Shown here one piece after another: positions 26,996 through 37,071 of a DNA stretch of 64,000 nucleotides. The notes under the pieces were generated by a model. That model worked only from the letters and a program-made list of their open reading frames with translations. It made no database searches and was not told the origin of the DNA. Numbering within the stretch: the stretch's first letter is position 1; every line of letters begins with the position of its first letter. Position numbers and translations under genes: made by a program. This DNA is from a bacterium (GTDB lineage: Bacteria > Electryoneota > Electryoneia > Electryoneales > Electryoneaceae): contig CAXXKJ010000002.1 in NCBI GenBank assembly GCA_963675295.2, forward strand, positions 640,001 to 704,000. The letters are read 5' to 3'.

Positions 26996-29686
26996 TCAGT
27001 TATTGTCCCGCACAAACACCCGCACCACGGCCGGCAGCACGAACACGGTCGAGAGGAAGCAGAAGCCGACGCCGAGAAACAGCACCATCCCGAAGCTGGC
27101 CATGCCGCGCATGGTGTAAAACGCGATCGAACCGAAGCCGATCATGGTGGTGACGCTGGTCAGCAGGATAGCGCGTCCGACGCGGCTGAACGCGGTTCGG
27201 ATACGGTCCAGAGCGCTGCCGCTCAGTTCACGGAAGCGGTGCAAGGCGTGGACGCCATCATCGATTCCAATTCCGAGAATCACCGGCACTGCGATCAGGT
27301 TGATGTAATTGTATTTCATCCCGGTGACGTACATCAGGCCGAGCATCAGCAGCGCGCCACTCAGAAGCGGAATGACCGCCATCAGGCCGAAGGTGCCACG
27401 GAAGTGGAATAGTAGCAGGATGAAGATAACGCCCAGCGCGAGCAGCGATCCGGTACGTCCGTCACGAAGTGTTTCGACCGTCATCACGATGAACAGTTCC
27501 GCCGTGCTCAGGTGATTCCCGGCGACATCTTCCACCTGCTGGTCGAATCGGTCGAGCTTGTCCTTTTCCCAGATGCTTTCACGTGGCGAAACACGCAGCA
27601 GGTATTCGGCCGAGCCATCCATCGGCAGCAGCGACTTGCGAACCGTTTCGGGCAAATTGTCGAGGGTGCCCGGGGTCGAGTTGGCCATCTGCGGCATGCG
27701 TTCGGCGAGGGACGCATTCCACGCCGCCGCGACTGCCTGCACCCGTGCCCGGCCGGCGTCATCCTCAAACAGTGCCTGCAGCGAGGGAAATACGGCGGTG
27801 GTGTCGGTTTCGTTGGTCTCGGTATCGTACCCGGTGAGGATATCGATAACCGGCCACACCCGGTCGACACCAGCCATGTACGCCTGGTTGCTCATGGTGT
27901 CGAGGTTGTCCCACAGGCGGCTGATCTGTTCGTACAGCTCATCAGTATCGGTGCTCGGATCGGAGTTGGACGCGATCCGTTCGCGCAAGGTCGCGAGTTG
28001 CGGGGCGTACTCGTCAACCCACGCCGGTTTGGTAACATAGTCGCTGACCGAGCTGACCGAACCGACTGCGGGCTTATCATCAAGGGTGTCCTTGAGGACA
28101 CGTGCGCGCTCGATGTCGGTGACGGTGATCCAGCCTGATTGATCGGACATCCCGAACCGATCCGGGATTCCCTGCTGCATCTCGACCGAGGTTAGTCCTT
28201 CAGGCTCGAGATTGAGGAAATTGTATTCAAACGGGATGTCGGTCCAGGCGACGTAGAAACACGCCCCGCCGAGCAGCACCATCACGATCAGCACCAACGC
28301 GGGCCGTTTGAACGACCAAACCGCGATGCTGCCGAGCAACGGCCAGCCTTCCTCAGCATCCGGTGGCAACGGTGCGACGCGTCCCTTGCGGGTGTACCGC
28401 TTCTCCCGCAGCACGAGCAGCGGCGGCAGGGTGAGGAATACCGCGACCAGAGTCAGCAATACGCCCGCACCAGCGGAGAAGCCGAATTCGAACACGCCGC
28501 GCGTGTCGGCGATCATCAGTGCGAAGAACGCCGCCGCGGTGGTCAGTCCGCCGGTGAGCACGCCCCGTCCCGTGCCGCCGATGGTGATCGCGAGCGCATC
28601 CTCGAGGCTGTGACCGGTGCCGCGTTCCTCGCAGAAACGGGTGACGAGGTGCAGCGTGAAGTCGATCCCAAGTCCGATCAATACCAGGCCGAGCATCACG
28701 GTCATGATGTTGATCGAGCCGAACACGACCGCCATCAGGCCCAGCGCCCAGATGATTCCCACCGCCAGCGGCAACATCGCCAGCCACGGCAATCCCCAAC
28801 TGCGGAAATTGCGCACCAGCAGCAAGTAAACGAGAATCCACGCCGCCAGCGTCAACAGCTGGGTGTAGGTGCCGACGCTGTTCATTTCGTCGACGCCGAT
28901 CGGTCCCATGCCGGTGAAGCTGACCTTGACTTCGGGATGTTCCGCGGCAAGCTCACTGACGTACTCTTCCACCTGAGTCGTTAATTCCAGCGCGGCCTCG
29001 GATGCCGACCACATCGGTTCCTTCGGTGTGATCGCGACCAGCAGCATCTTGCGGTCGAGACTCAGCATCCACGGTTCCCCGGCGAGCAAGGCGCGTACGC
29101 CTTCGTCCGCGTTGGCCTCATCGCCGGACAAGCCCTGTTCGAGACGATCGAGGGCGAGACCCATGCCGAGCAGGCCGCGCGCGACCATCAGTTCGTCGTC
29201 GCGCAAGTTGTCGTCGTTGTCCGTGTACTCGCGTTCGAAGTCGTCGTTGATACCGCGCAATACACCGGTCAGACTGGGGTCGTCGTACATCCGCAGCCAG
29301 CGGTCGAAATCTTTCGGTTTCTGCAGCATGAAGCCGTGGTCGAGGAAATACTCCTGCGGCTGCGCACCTTCGACGTGGTAAACACCGTCCATCTCGCGCA
29401 GGGTGGGCACGATTTCTTCCGCGAACGCGACCATGTCGTCACGTTCGCCCTCGATGGCGATGATGATCGACTGTTCGCCGTACTCGTCCACGATCTGCTT
29501 GTAGCCGACGGCGTCCGGATGGTGTTCCGGCAGCAGGTCGATGAAGTTCATCCGGAGTTGCAGTGTTCCCGCCTGCCAGAATGCGGCAAATGTCACAAGC
29601 AGCAGCGCGATCAACATCAGCACCGGACGGTTGACACTGAGCCGCGCAAGACCGCGCGCCCAGCCGGGGATGGTTTCCCGTTTCAT
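26996..29686 (-). CDS. MMPL/RND family transporter (HpnN-like)
   Basis: Two repeats of TM1 + periplasmic domain + 5 TM; GLGIDF and GIGIDDGVH motifs. Confidence 0.92.
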   Translation of the reverse strand: MKRETIPGWARGLARLSVNRPVLMLIALLLVTFAAFWQAGTLQLRMNFIDLLPEHHPDAVGYKQIVDEYGEQSIIIAIEGERDDMVAFAEEIVPTLREMDGVYHVEGAQPQEYFLDHGFMLQKPKDFDRWLRMYDDPSLTGVLRGINDDFEREYTDNDDNLRDDELMVARGLLGMGLALDRLEQGLSGDEANADEGVRALLAGEPWMLSLDRKMLLVAITPKEPMWSASEAALELTTQVEEYVSELAAEHPEVKVSFTGMGPIGVDEMNSVGTYTQLLTLAAWILVYLLLVRNFRSWGLPWLAMLPLAVGIIWALGLMAVVFGSINIMTVMLGLVLIGLGIDFTLHLVTRFCEERGTGHSLEDALAITIGGTGRGVLTGGLTTAAAFFALMIADTRGVFEFGFSAGAGVLLTLVAVFLTLPPLLVLREKRYTRKGRVAPLPPDAEEGWPLLGSIAVWSFKRPALVLIVMVLLGGACFYVAWTDIPFEYNFLNLEPEGLTSVEMQQGIPDRFGMSDQSGWITVTDIERARVLKDTLDDKPAVGSVSSVSDYVTKPAWVDEYAPQLATLRERIASNSDPSTDTDELYEQISRLWDNLDTMSNQAYMAGVDRVWPVIDILTGYDTETNETDTTAVFPSLQALFEDDAGRARVQAVAAAWNASLAERMPQMANSTPGTLDNLPETVRKSLLPMDGSAEYLLRVSPRESIWEKDKLDRFDQQVEDVAGNHLSTAELFIVMTVETLRDGRTGSLLALGVIFILLLFHFRGTFGLMAVIPLLSGALLMLGLMYVTGMKYNYINLIAVPVILGIGIDDGVHALHRFRELSGSALDRIRTAFSRVGRAILLTSVTTMIGFGSIAFYTMRGMASFGMVLFLGVGFCFLSTVFVLPAVVRVFVRDNN

Positions 29687-30348
29687 GCGTTCATTCCCCT
29701 ATATGATTCGTTCGGATGCGGTAGCAAACCGTGGACGATGAACTCGGTGGTTTCGTGGACCAGCGATTCGACATCCATCTGAATGGCAACCGCGTCCGGG
29801 TTCATCAGGAAAATGTGTACGGTGTCGAGCAAGGTCTGAATGATCCAGGTAGCCATTTCCGGATCGAGTTTGCGGAATTCACCGCTTTCGACGCCTTCCC
29901 GCAGAAAGCTCGACAACAGGTTGATCACCGAATACAATTCGGTGTTGGTGGGGGCGATGTGGGTCATGGTGCGCATCAACTCGGCGTCCTCCAGCAACAC
30001 CTGAAACAACGGATGCTCCTGCACCACGGCGAAGTAGGTGGTGAGGTAATGCCGCACCTTGCCGGTCGCCGAAGCACCTTCGGGCAGGGTGGCCATCACC
30101 TGGTCGGTCAGGTCCTGCGCCAGCGCGCTGTGCATCTGCACCAGCAGGTCGAGCTTGTCATTGAATAGTTCGTAGAAGGTGCGTTTCGACATCTTCGCCG
30201 CCTTGCACACCTCCTCGATGGTGGTTTTCTTGAAGCCGAAGCGAACGAACAGCGGCTCGGCCGCGGTGAAAAGCTGCCGGCGTTTCGCGCGTTCCGGATC
30301 GCTGGTGGTGCGATTATCGGTTTCGTTTTGTGGTGGTTGCATTGTCAT
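29683..30348 (-). CDS. TetR/AcrR family regulator
   Basis: FVRFGFKKTTIEEVCKAAKMSKRTFYELF HTH. Confidence 0.93.
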   Translation of the reverse strand: MTMQPPQNETDNRTTSDPERAKRRQLFTAAEPLFVRFGFKKTTIEEVCKAAKMSKRTFYELFNDKLDLLVQMHSALAQDLTDQVMATLPEGASATGKVRHYLTTYFAVVQEHPLFQVLLEDAELMRTMTHIAPTNTELYSVINLLSSFLREGVESGEFRKLDPEMATWIIQTLLDTVHIFLMNPDAVAIQMDVESLVHETTEFIVHGLLPHPNESYRGMNA

Positions 30349-30407
30349 GGTTTGCCTCGATACGTCCAGGCCGCCTGATGATTCCGGCTAACCTGGCTGC
30401 TTCGGAA

Positions 30408-30476
30408 ACGAGAAAACGATACAACGAACATCGTTTTCTCGTGTCGGAAGATATCGGCGGAAGCAGGGCAAGTCAA
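30408..30476 (-). promoter_or_regulatory. sigma70 promoter plus TetR operator
   Basis: TTGACT(30476-71)-17 bp-TATCTT(30453-48), followed by the 13-bp perfect inverted repeat ACGAGAAAACGAT-N9-ATCGTTTTCTCGT (30408-30442). Confidence 0.75.
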
Positions 30477-31023
30477 GGGGGAATGGAGAGACCTCCCTCT
30501 CCCTGCAGTTTTCGAGCAATTTTCGAGGATTGGCGTAGGGTTCCGGGTATGGGGTTTTGTATGTTACAGCAATGAGAAACGGGGCGTCGGCAGGAGACAT
30601 GGTCTCGGTTGGGTAGGCTAAATCAGCGATTGGAGTGATGATTTGGGGCAATTTAAGAAGCCAACCTGTTGATACAACGGTAGTTCTGTTCAAGTCCAGG
30701 GAGAGGCAGGACAGTGCGGGAGTCGGGTGCGAGCCTGTGACAGCCGTCATCGGGGGAGGCCTGTGCGGCGGTTAGATTAGGTGCGCCAAACTATTGCTGC
30801 TTGGTTGAGATACGTTGGACAAAACTTGGTGTTTTCGAAGATTGGAGGATACTTATCCGATTCTTCGTACAATTGTTGAATGTTTGCCGGTACGTTTCGC
30901 GTGGGCATGCGGAACGTGGGCTTGGTACGATACAGTGAGAATCAAGCGAATTGGTGAGTGGGAGAGTTCGCCAAAAATTCGCTCAGGGCACGAGCCACGA
31001 TGGAGAATGCAGGAGTGACCCAC

Positions 31024-32583
31024 GTGAAAGATATTCGAAATAAGACAGGTCTGCGCAGCATCGCCACAGGTATGGCCGCTGTGTTGCTGGTGATGATGGT
31101 GGTGTTCTCCGCCAACGCACAGCTGACTGCGAGTTGGTTCCATGTCTATGGCGGTGCGAGCGAGGACTATGGCAAGGATGTGATCGCGACGGCTGATGGT
31201 GGTTTCGCGGCGGTCGGCATCACGAAATCATTCGCCGAACCGACCGGCGACATCGCGGTGCTTAAGGTTGGCGACATTGGTCAGTACGAATGGGGCCGAA
31301 CCTTTGGCCGCAACTCGCTGGACAACGGCAAGGAGCTGGTGCAGACTGCGGACGGCGGGTTTGTCGTTTGTGGCTATGCGTTTTCGTTCGGCACCGGCCC
31401 GGGCGATCGTGAAGCGGTCGTGTTCAAGGTCGACGCCAGTGGCGAACGTGTCTGGGGTAACGCGTATGGCGGTCCCGGAACCGATACGGCGTTCGACCTG
31501 GTCGCGATGGAAGGCGGCGGTTTCTACTCGGCAGGCGATTACGAATTTACCAGCACCGGCGCGCGCAGCACGTATCTGCACCGTCTTGACGATGATGGCA
31601 CCACGATCTGGGAAGTGATCATCGGCGATGACACCATCGACGAACGCACCTTCACCGGCTGCCAACTGACCAACAGCGATCTGGTGTATGCCGGATGGCG
31701 ACGGGTTCAGGTTGGACAGGTCCCGGACTTTGTCTTTGGCGCGGTGGATACTTCCGGCAACGAATTGTGGGACACGTCCTTCGGTTCAGACGGGCTGGAC
31801 ATCATTCGTCGTGTGCGTCCTCTGCCGACAGGTGGTTTCATCGCCATCGGCGAGACGGATTTGCTGTACGGCACTGAGAACGAGCACACAGATCTCTTCA
31901 TCGCCAAGTTCACGGAAACTGGCGACACCAGTTGGACGCGTCAGGTCGGCACCTCCGGCGACGAAGACTGCAACTCGCTTGAAATCACCAGCGAAGGCGA
32001 CATCCTGATCGGTGGTTCAACCCGTGGTGGCTACAGCGACTCGTGGGATGTGTACGTCGTCAAGATGGACACGCTCGGCAACCTGATCTATGACTGGTCG
32101 CATTACACCCCGGATCTCGAGTTTGGCCGTGGAATCTGTGAACACGCGCCGGGCGACTATGTCATCACCGGCAAGACGACGCACAACACGGACGCGGCGG
32201 GATCGTTGTTCCTGTTCCGTGTCTTCGAGCCCGAACCGGACCCGGCCGATCATCCCGCCCAGAAGCAGGCCACGGGCGATAACCTGATCGCGGGCCAGTC
32301 GGACGAATCAGGAATGCCGCGGTACACGTTGAAGCCGGTGACACCGAACCCGACTAACGCCGGCGCGGTGGTGACGTTGCAGCTGCCGGAAGCGGGCCAT
32401 GTCAACGCGGTGGTGTACAATTCGCTGGGGCGTGAGGTGATGGTGCTGAATAACGGCATGATGACCGCCGGCACGCATCAATTCGCGTTGGTGGGCGAGA
32501 CCCTCGCCAGCGGGGTGTATTTCGTTCGAGCTGTGGTGCCGGGCCAGCTGGACGCTGTTCAGCGGGTAACCATCGTGCGCTAA
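31024..32583 (+). CDS. Secreted beta-propeller repeat protein with T9SS-type CTD
   Basis: Repeats W..xYGG..D.....TADGGF; CTD PNPTN...SGVYFVRAVVPGQL. Start uncertain. Confidence 0.85.
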   Translation: MKDIRNKTGLRSIATGMAAVLLVMMVVFSANAQLTASWFHVYGGASEDYGKDVIATADGGFAAVGITKSFAEPTGDIAVLKVGDIGQYEWGRTFGRNSLDNGKELVQTADGGFVVCGYAFSFGTGPGDREAVVFKVDASGERVWGNAYGGPGTDTAFDLVAMEGGGFYSAGDYEFTSTGARSTYLHRLDDDGTTIWEVIIGDDTIDERTFTGCQLTNSDLVYAGWRRVQVGQVPDFVFGAVDTSGNELWDTSFGSDGLDIIRRVRPLPTGGFIAIGETDLLYGTENEHTDLFIAKFTETGDTSWTRQVGTSGDEDCNSLEITSEGDILIGGSTRGGYSDSWDVYVVKMDTLGNLIYDWSHYTPDLEFGRGICEHAPGDYVITGKTTHNTDAAGSLFLFRVFEPEPDPADHPAQKQATGDNLIAGQSDESGMPRYTLKPVTPNPTNAGAVVTLQLPEAGHVNAVVYNSLGREVMVLNNGMMTAGTHQFALVGETLASGVYFVRAVVPGQLDAVQRVTIVR

Positions 32584-32613
32584 CACGATGCTTACATTCT
32601 GATGCGAATCTTC

Positions 32614-32642
32614 AAGCCGTCCTCCGGGGCGGCTTTTCTTTA
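32614..32642 (+). terminator. Intrinsic terminator
   Basis: AAGCCGTCC-TCCG-GGGCGGCTT followed by TTCTTT. Confidence 0.7.
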
Positions 32643-32710
32643 TATGGGAGCGGCGCGGAGTGTATCTTCGCCGGATGCGGAACAACAACGATTTTGCGGG
32701 GGAGCGGACG

Positions 32711-33838
32711 ATGCGGCGTGTTGTGGTGGTGATGTTGACGATACTGGCGATGGTTGGCGTGGGGCAGGTTGGCGCGGCGATCATCACGATGCCCGGCGGA
32801 GCGCCGACGATTCAGCAGGCGGTGGAATCAGCCGCGCCCGGAGACACGATCCTGCTCGGCAAGGGGATCTACCAGCAGTTGATCCGTGTTGACAACAAGC
32901 CGTTGACGATTGCCTCCCACTTCCTGACCACCGGCGATTCCAGCGCGATCCGTGCGACCATCCTGCACGGTGGCGGCATCAAGAACGACTCGGCGGTGGT
33001 GACCACCACCGGCACCGAGACCGTCACCCTGGTCGGCCTGACGATCACCGCCAGCGACGACGGCATTTATCCGACCTCACCGATGGACATCCGGCACTGT
33101 GTCATTTACGGCACCAAGGACGGGATCGACTACGAATCCGGCAGCGGTGGGTACCTCGGCGACTGCATTATTGAGCGCAATGTGGATGATGCGGTCGACC
33201 TGGACGAAGACACGCAGGTTGTGATCGAGCGTTGCATCCTCCGTGACAACGATGACGACGGCATCGAGATCCGGCTGCAGAACTGGACCGGACACACGTT
33301 GAACGTGGTCATTCGTGACAACGTGATCAGCGGGAACGGCGAGGACGGCATCCAGTTCATCAGCTACAACGAAGACACGCACCGCCATTTCCGGATCGAG
33401 AACAATCTGTTCGCCGACAACGAAATGAGCGCGATTGCGTGTATGGATGATTCCACCACCCGCGAGGATTACCGTGGCGCGCAGATCCCGGAACGGATCG
33501 ACGTGATCGGGAATACGTTCGTCAACAACCCGTATTGCATCGTGGGTGGCGCGAAGCTGCGGGTGAAGGATAACCTGTTTATCGGCAGCTCGGCGGCGGT
33601 GTTCCGGCGTGTTGGCGACGGCGCGAAAATGCGCGGCAACATCGCGTGGGAGTGCCGGATGCTGACCGAGGAAATGGGTGGTGTGAAGCGCGGCTTCAAG
33701 CGGATTGTGCCGCCGTCCGAAGGACGGTTGGGTGAAAAATGGCCGTTGATTCCGAGCGTGGATACCGCGAAGCGGATGCGCTGGATGCCCGCCGCTCCCG
33801 CCAAGCCGCAGGAAGACCAGATGGATTCGGTGCATTAA
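32711..33838 (+). CDS. Secreted right-handed parallel beta-helix protein
   Basis: Signal peptide, PTIQQAVESAAPGDTILL, repeated N.DDGI PbH1 turns. Confidence 0.85.
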   Translation: MRRVVVVMLTILAMVGVGQVGAAIITMPGGAPTIQQAVESAAPGDTILLGKGIYQQLIRVDNKPLTIASHFLTTGDSSAIRATILHGGGIKNDSAVVTTTGTETVTLVGLTITASDDGIYPTSPMDIRHCVIYGTKDGIDYESGSGGYLGDCIIERNVDDAVDLDEDTQVVIERCILRDNDDDGIEIRLQNWTGHTLNVVIRDNVISGNGEDGIQFISYNEDTHRHFRIENNLFADNEMSAIACMDDSTTREDYRGAQIPERIDVIGNTFVNNPYCIVGGAKLRVKDNLFIGSSAAVFRRVGDGAKMRGNIAWECRMLTEEMGGVKRGFKRIVPPSEGRLGEKWPLIPSVDTAKRMRWMPAAPAKPQEDQMDSVH

Positions 33839-33839
33839 C

Positions 33840-33970
33840 TCGAGCTCTGAGCTCTGAGCTCTGAGCTTTGAGCTGTGAGCCTTGAGCCGTGAGATACAGC
33901 AGATAAAACCGGACAAAACCAGATAAAACCAGAGAAAACCGGGGACACTTACTCCGCTAAGTGTCCCCGA
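33840..33970. repeat. Heptamer (GAGCTCT)n, decamer (AGATAAAACC)n and REP-like hairpin
   Basis: Degenerate tandem repeats followed by GGGGACACTTA-CTCCGC-TAAGTGTCCCC. Confidence 0.7.
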
Positions 33971-34057
33971 GCTCGTTTATCCGAAAGCAACATGGCCGTG
34001 TCTGAAAACAGATACGGCCACGTGGTTTTGCTCAGGACTCAGGTCTAAAGACTCACA

Positions 34058-36877
34058 CTAGAATTCGTACTTCACGCCCATGTGTCCCCAGAACGAGTAC
34101 AGCTCCCGTTCGATCGGGTGGCTGTCGTCGCCGACGTAGCGCGTTTGCGCTTCGTTGGTGATGTTGTTCAAGTCGAGATAGACGCTGACCGAATTCCACA
34201 CCCGCTGGCTGGCGGTGAAGTCGAGCTGCATGTGGTTGTCCCAGTACTCGTCGCTGCGTTCATCAACACCGACTTCGTTGATGTGCGAGCCGGTGTAGCT
34301 GAGGCTGAGTCGTCCGGAGAAGCCGTATTTCTCGTAGCTCAGGGCGAAGTTGGCGACGGATTCCGCCTGTCCCGGGACGGGGATGGTGCGGTTGCCGACT
34401 TCCGGCGAGCGCAGGTCGAGCTCGGAATCGGTCCAGGTGTAGTTGAAGTACACGCCGAAGCCGTTCCAGAATCCCGGCAGGAAGCTGAGTTGCTGCGCCC
34501 ACGCCAGTTCGATGCCCATCAGATTGGCGGCTTCGCCAGCGTTCCACGGCTTCACGACTTCAAAGTCGACGCTGTTCAGCGTGCGCTCGTAGGTGCGGTA
34601 GTAGATGTAATCGTTGATCGTCTTGTAGAAGAAGCCGACCGACGCGACACCCAGCGACCGGTAGTAATGCGCGACCATCAGGTCGATATTGGTCGACAGT
34701 GCCGGATCCAGTTCCGGGTTGCCGAGTTCCAGCTCTTCGTCCTCACGGTTGCGCAGCGTATACGGCACGAGATCGTAGTAGTCCGGCCGAGCGATCGACT
34801 GGCTGAACGCGAAGCGGAAGTTGGTGCGGTCGTTGTAGCGGTAGATCAGGTGCAGCGCGGGCAGCACGTTGGCGTAATCGTTGCTCTCCGTCGCATTGCG
34901 AGCTCCGACGAAATCGCCGTCCGCATCCCACAGCAGCTTGTTACCAGTGTACTCGATGTCAGTCATTTCGACACGGGCGCCACCGAGTAGCGTGAACTGC
35001 GGGCTGAAGTTGGTCGATGCCATCAGGTACCCAGCGTAAATCGTTTCGCTGGCTTCGTAGCTCTCGCCGAGGATCGCTTCGATGTCCTCTTCGCTGTCCA
35101 TCGAATGCTGGTTGGCTTCCCAGTAATCGTCAGACTGGTCCGGATCGGGGGTCAGACCGACATCAAACGAGTCGTATTCGTTGTCGAAAATGTCGCCGGT
35201 ATCGTAGTCATCGACAAACATGGACAGGTCGGCTTCGAAGTCGTCGCTGTTCTCGTATTCCTTCGCGTATGCTTCCCGGTCCTTGTTCTTCGACCGCATC
35301 TTGAAGCCGGTCTTAAGGAAGGACGGCTTATCCAGGAAGTCCAGATGGTACTTCAGATTGGTCTGGAACGACAGCTCATCGTCGGTGGTCAGGTTGTCTT
35401 CGTAGGTAAACTTGTCCAGCTCATAACCGCTGACATCGTTGATGTTGATGTCGTCGAGCACCGTCATCGTTGGGAAGTTGGCGTCGGAATGGTTGTAGCG
35501 CGCGCTGAAATCGTCGTCGAGCGCGATCTCGGTGTCGAGACGGTCCGGCTCTTCCTCTTCGGCATACGAGTACGCGGCGTAGTAGTCGAGTTCGAGCTGA
35601 TCGTTGGCGAGCAGGAATTCACCGCCCTGGCCGAGGGTCCAGATGCGCTGCACTTCGTAGCGGTTCTTCAGCTCACGGGTGACTTCGACTTCGTCTACCG
35701 TGCCATCATCGTAGTAATTGCCGTATTCAACGTTGAACGCGCGGCGGTTCTCGTCGTCACCATACTGGTTCCAGAGACCGTTGAAGAACAAGCGTGACTT
35801 GGGATTCAGCTGGTAGTCGATGTTGGCGCCGACACTCGCCCGTTCGCGGGTTAGGATGTAGTCACGCACGGTCCAGTCTTCGATGTCATAGCGTTCCGCG
35901 ACAACGTCTTCGTCGTCCGGGTCTGAACCAGCGGCAAGCACATCGACGTCATCGTAGCCGGCTTCCATGTTGTCGCTGCCGCGGCGTGTGATGTAGTAGC
36001 TCGCACCGAACATCACGCCGATGTTTTTGTCGTCGCCGAGCTGGGTGCCGTAGCTGAGGGCGCCCTGGCCGATGCCGCCGCCCTTGACGTTGTAGCCACC
36101 GCCAAAGGTGAGGCTGCCCATCGGACGGTCATAATCCAGCGCGCTGCGGGTGGTCAGGTTGACCAGGCCGCCAATCCCGTCCATGTCCATGTCCGGGGTG
36201 AAGGTCTTGTTGACTTCGATCGCACCGAGTTGATCGGCGGGGATCACGTCCAGCGCCACCGAACGCACATCGCCTTCCGGGGACGGCACACGCTGGCCGT
36301 TAATCATAACGTTGTTGACGCTTGGGTCGGTGCCGCGAATCGTGATGTAGCGGCCTTCGCCCTGGTCGCGCTGCAGACCGACGCCGGGGATACGTTGCAG
36401 GGATTCCGCGACGTTCGGATCGGGGAAGCTGCCGATCTGGTCGGAGGCGACGATATTGACGATGTTCGGCGAGGTGCGCTGCTGGTTCAACGCCGCGGCC
36501 TGGCCGGTACGCTGGCCGCCGACAAAAGTGACTTCTTCGCCGGTGACAAACGCGCTCATCAGTTCGATCTTCAACGTGGTCGTCTGACGCCCTCGCACCT
36601 CGACGGTTTCGTGATACTCTTCATAGCCGAGGTAGCTGACGATCAGGGTGTAGTCGCCGTCCGGCACGTTGGCGATGCGGAACGAACCGCCACGGTCGGT
36701 TGCGGAACCGTAGCTGGTACCCTCAAGCATCAGGTTCGCGCCCGGCAACGGCTCGCCGGTCGTCTTGTCCAGAATGTTTCCCGCGATGGTGCCGGTCGCG
36801 GCAAACGCACTCGCACCAAACATCACAAAGATGGCCACAAACAACAGCCAGACGCCCAACCTCGCCCATTGAGACAT
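34058..36877 (-). CDS. TonB-dependent receptor
   Basis: Carboxypeptidase-regulatory-like N-domain, plug FPDPNVAESLQRIPGV...DQGEGRYITIRG, GNPELDP, NNITNE, terminal F. Confidence 0.94.
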   Translation of the reverse strand: MSQWARLGVWLLFVAIFVMFGASAFAATGTIAGNILDKTTGEPLPGANLMLEGTSYGSATDRGGSFRIANVPDGDYTLIVSYLGYEEYHETVEVRGRQTTTLKIELMSAFVTGEEVTFVGGQRTGQAAALNQQRTSPNIVNIVASDQIGSFPDPNVAESLQRIPGVGLQRDQGEGRYITIRGTDPSVNNVMINGQRVPSPEGDVRSVALDVIPADQLGAIEVNKTFTPDMDMDGIGGLVNLTTRSALDYDRPMGSLTFGGGYNVKGGGIGQGALSYGTQLGDDKNIGVMFGASYYITRRGSDNMEAGYDDVDVLAAGSDPDDEDVVAERYDIEDWTVRDYILTRERASVGANIDYQLNPKSRLFFNGLWNQYGDDENRRAFNVEYGNYYDDGTVDEVEVTRELKNRYEVQRIWTLGQGGEFLLANDQLELDYYAAYSYAEEEEPDRLDTEIALDDDFSARYNHSDANFPTMTVLDDININDVSGYELDKFTYEDNLTTDDELSFQTNLKYHLDFLDKPSFLKTGFKMRSKNKDREAYAKEYENSDDFEADLSMFVDDYDTGDIFDNEYDSFDVGLTPDPDQSDDYWEANQHSMDSEEDIEAILGESYEASETIYAGYLMASTNFSPQFTLLGGARVEMTDIEYTGNKLLWDADGDFVGARNATESNDYANVLPALHLIYRYNDRTNFRFAFSQSIARPDYYDLVPYTLRNREDEELELGNPELDPALSTNIDLMVAHYYRSLGVASVGFFYKTINDYIYYRTYERTLNSVDFEVVKPWNAGEAANLMGIELAWAQQLSFLPGFWNGFGVYFNYTWTDSELDLRSPEVGNRTIPVPGQAESVANFALSYEKYGFSGRLSLSYTGSHINEVGVDERSDEYWDNHMQLDFTASQRVWNSVSVYLDLNNITNEAQTRYVGDDSHPIERELYSFWGHMGVKYEF

Positions 36878-37071
36878 GATCCCCTCCGTTGACGCGTTAA
36901 CACTTTTTCCCTCGAGATGCACGGAAGGTGAACTCAGTCTGTTCAGGTTTTGTTAGGGCTTGGCGATGAACTCGTTAACAATTCAGCGTAATGCTAGAAT
37001 AAACAAACTCTTGTGATGATAAGGAAAGAATGAGGATTTTAGGCTGAGGTCGACGCGAAACGAGAGCAAAA

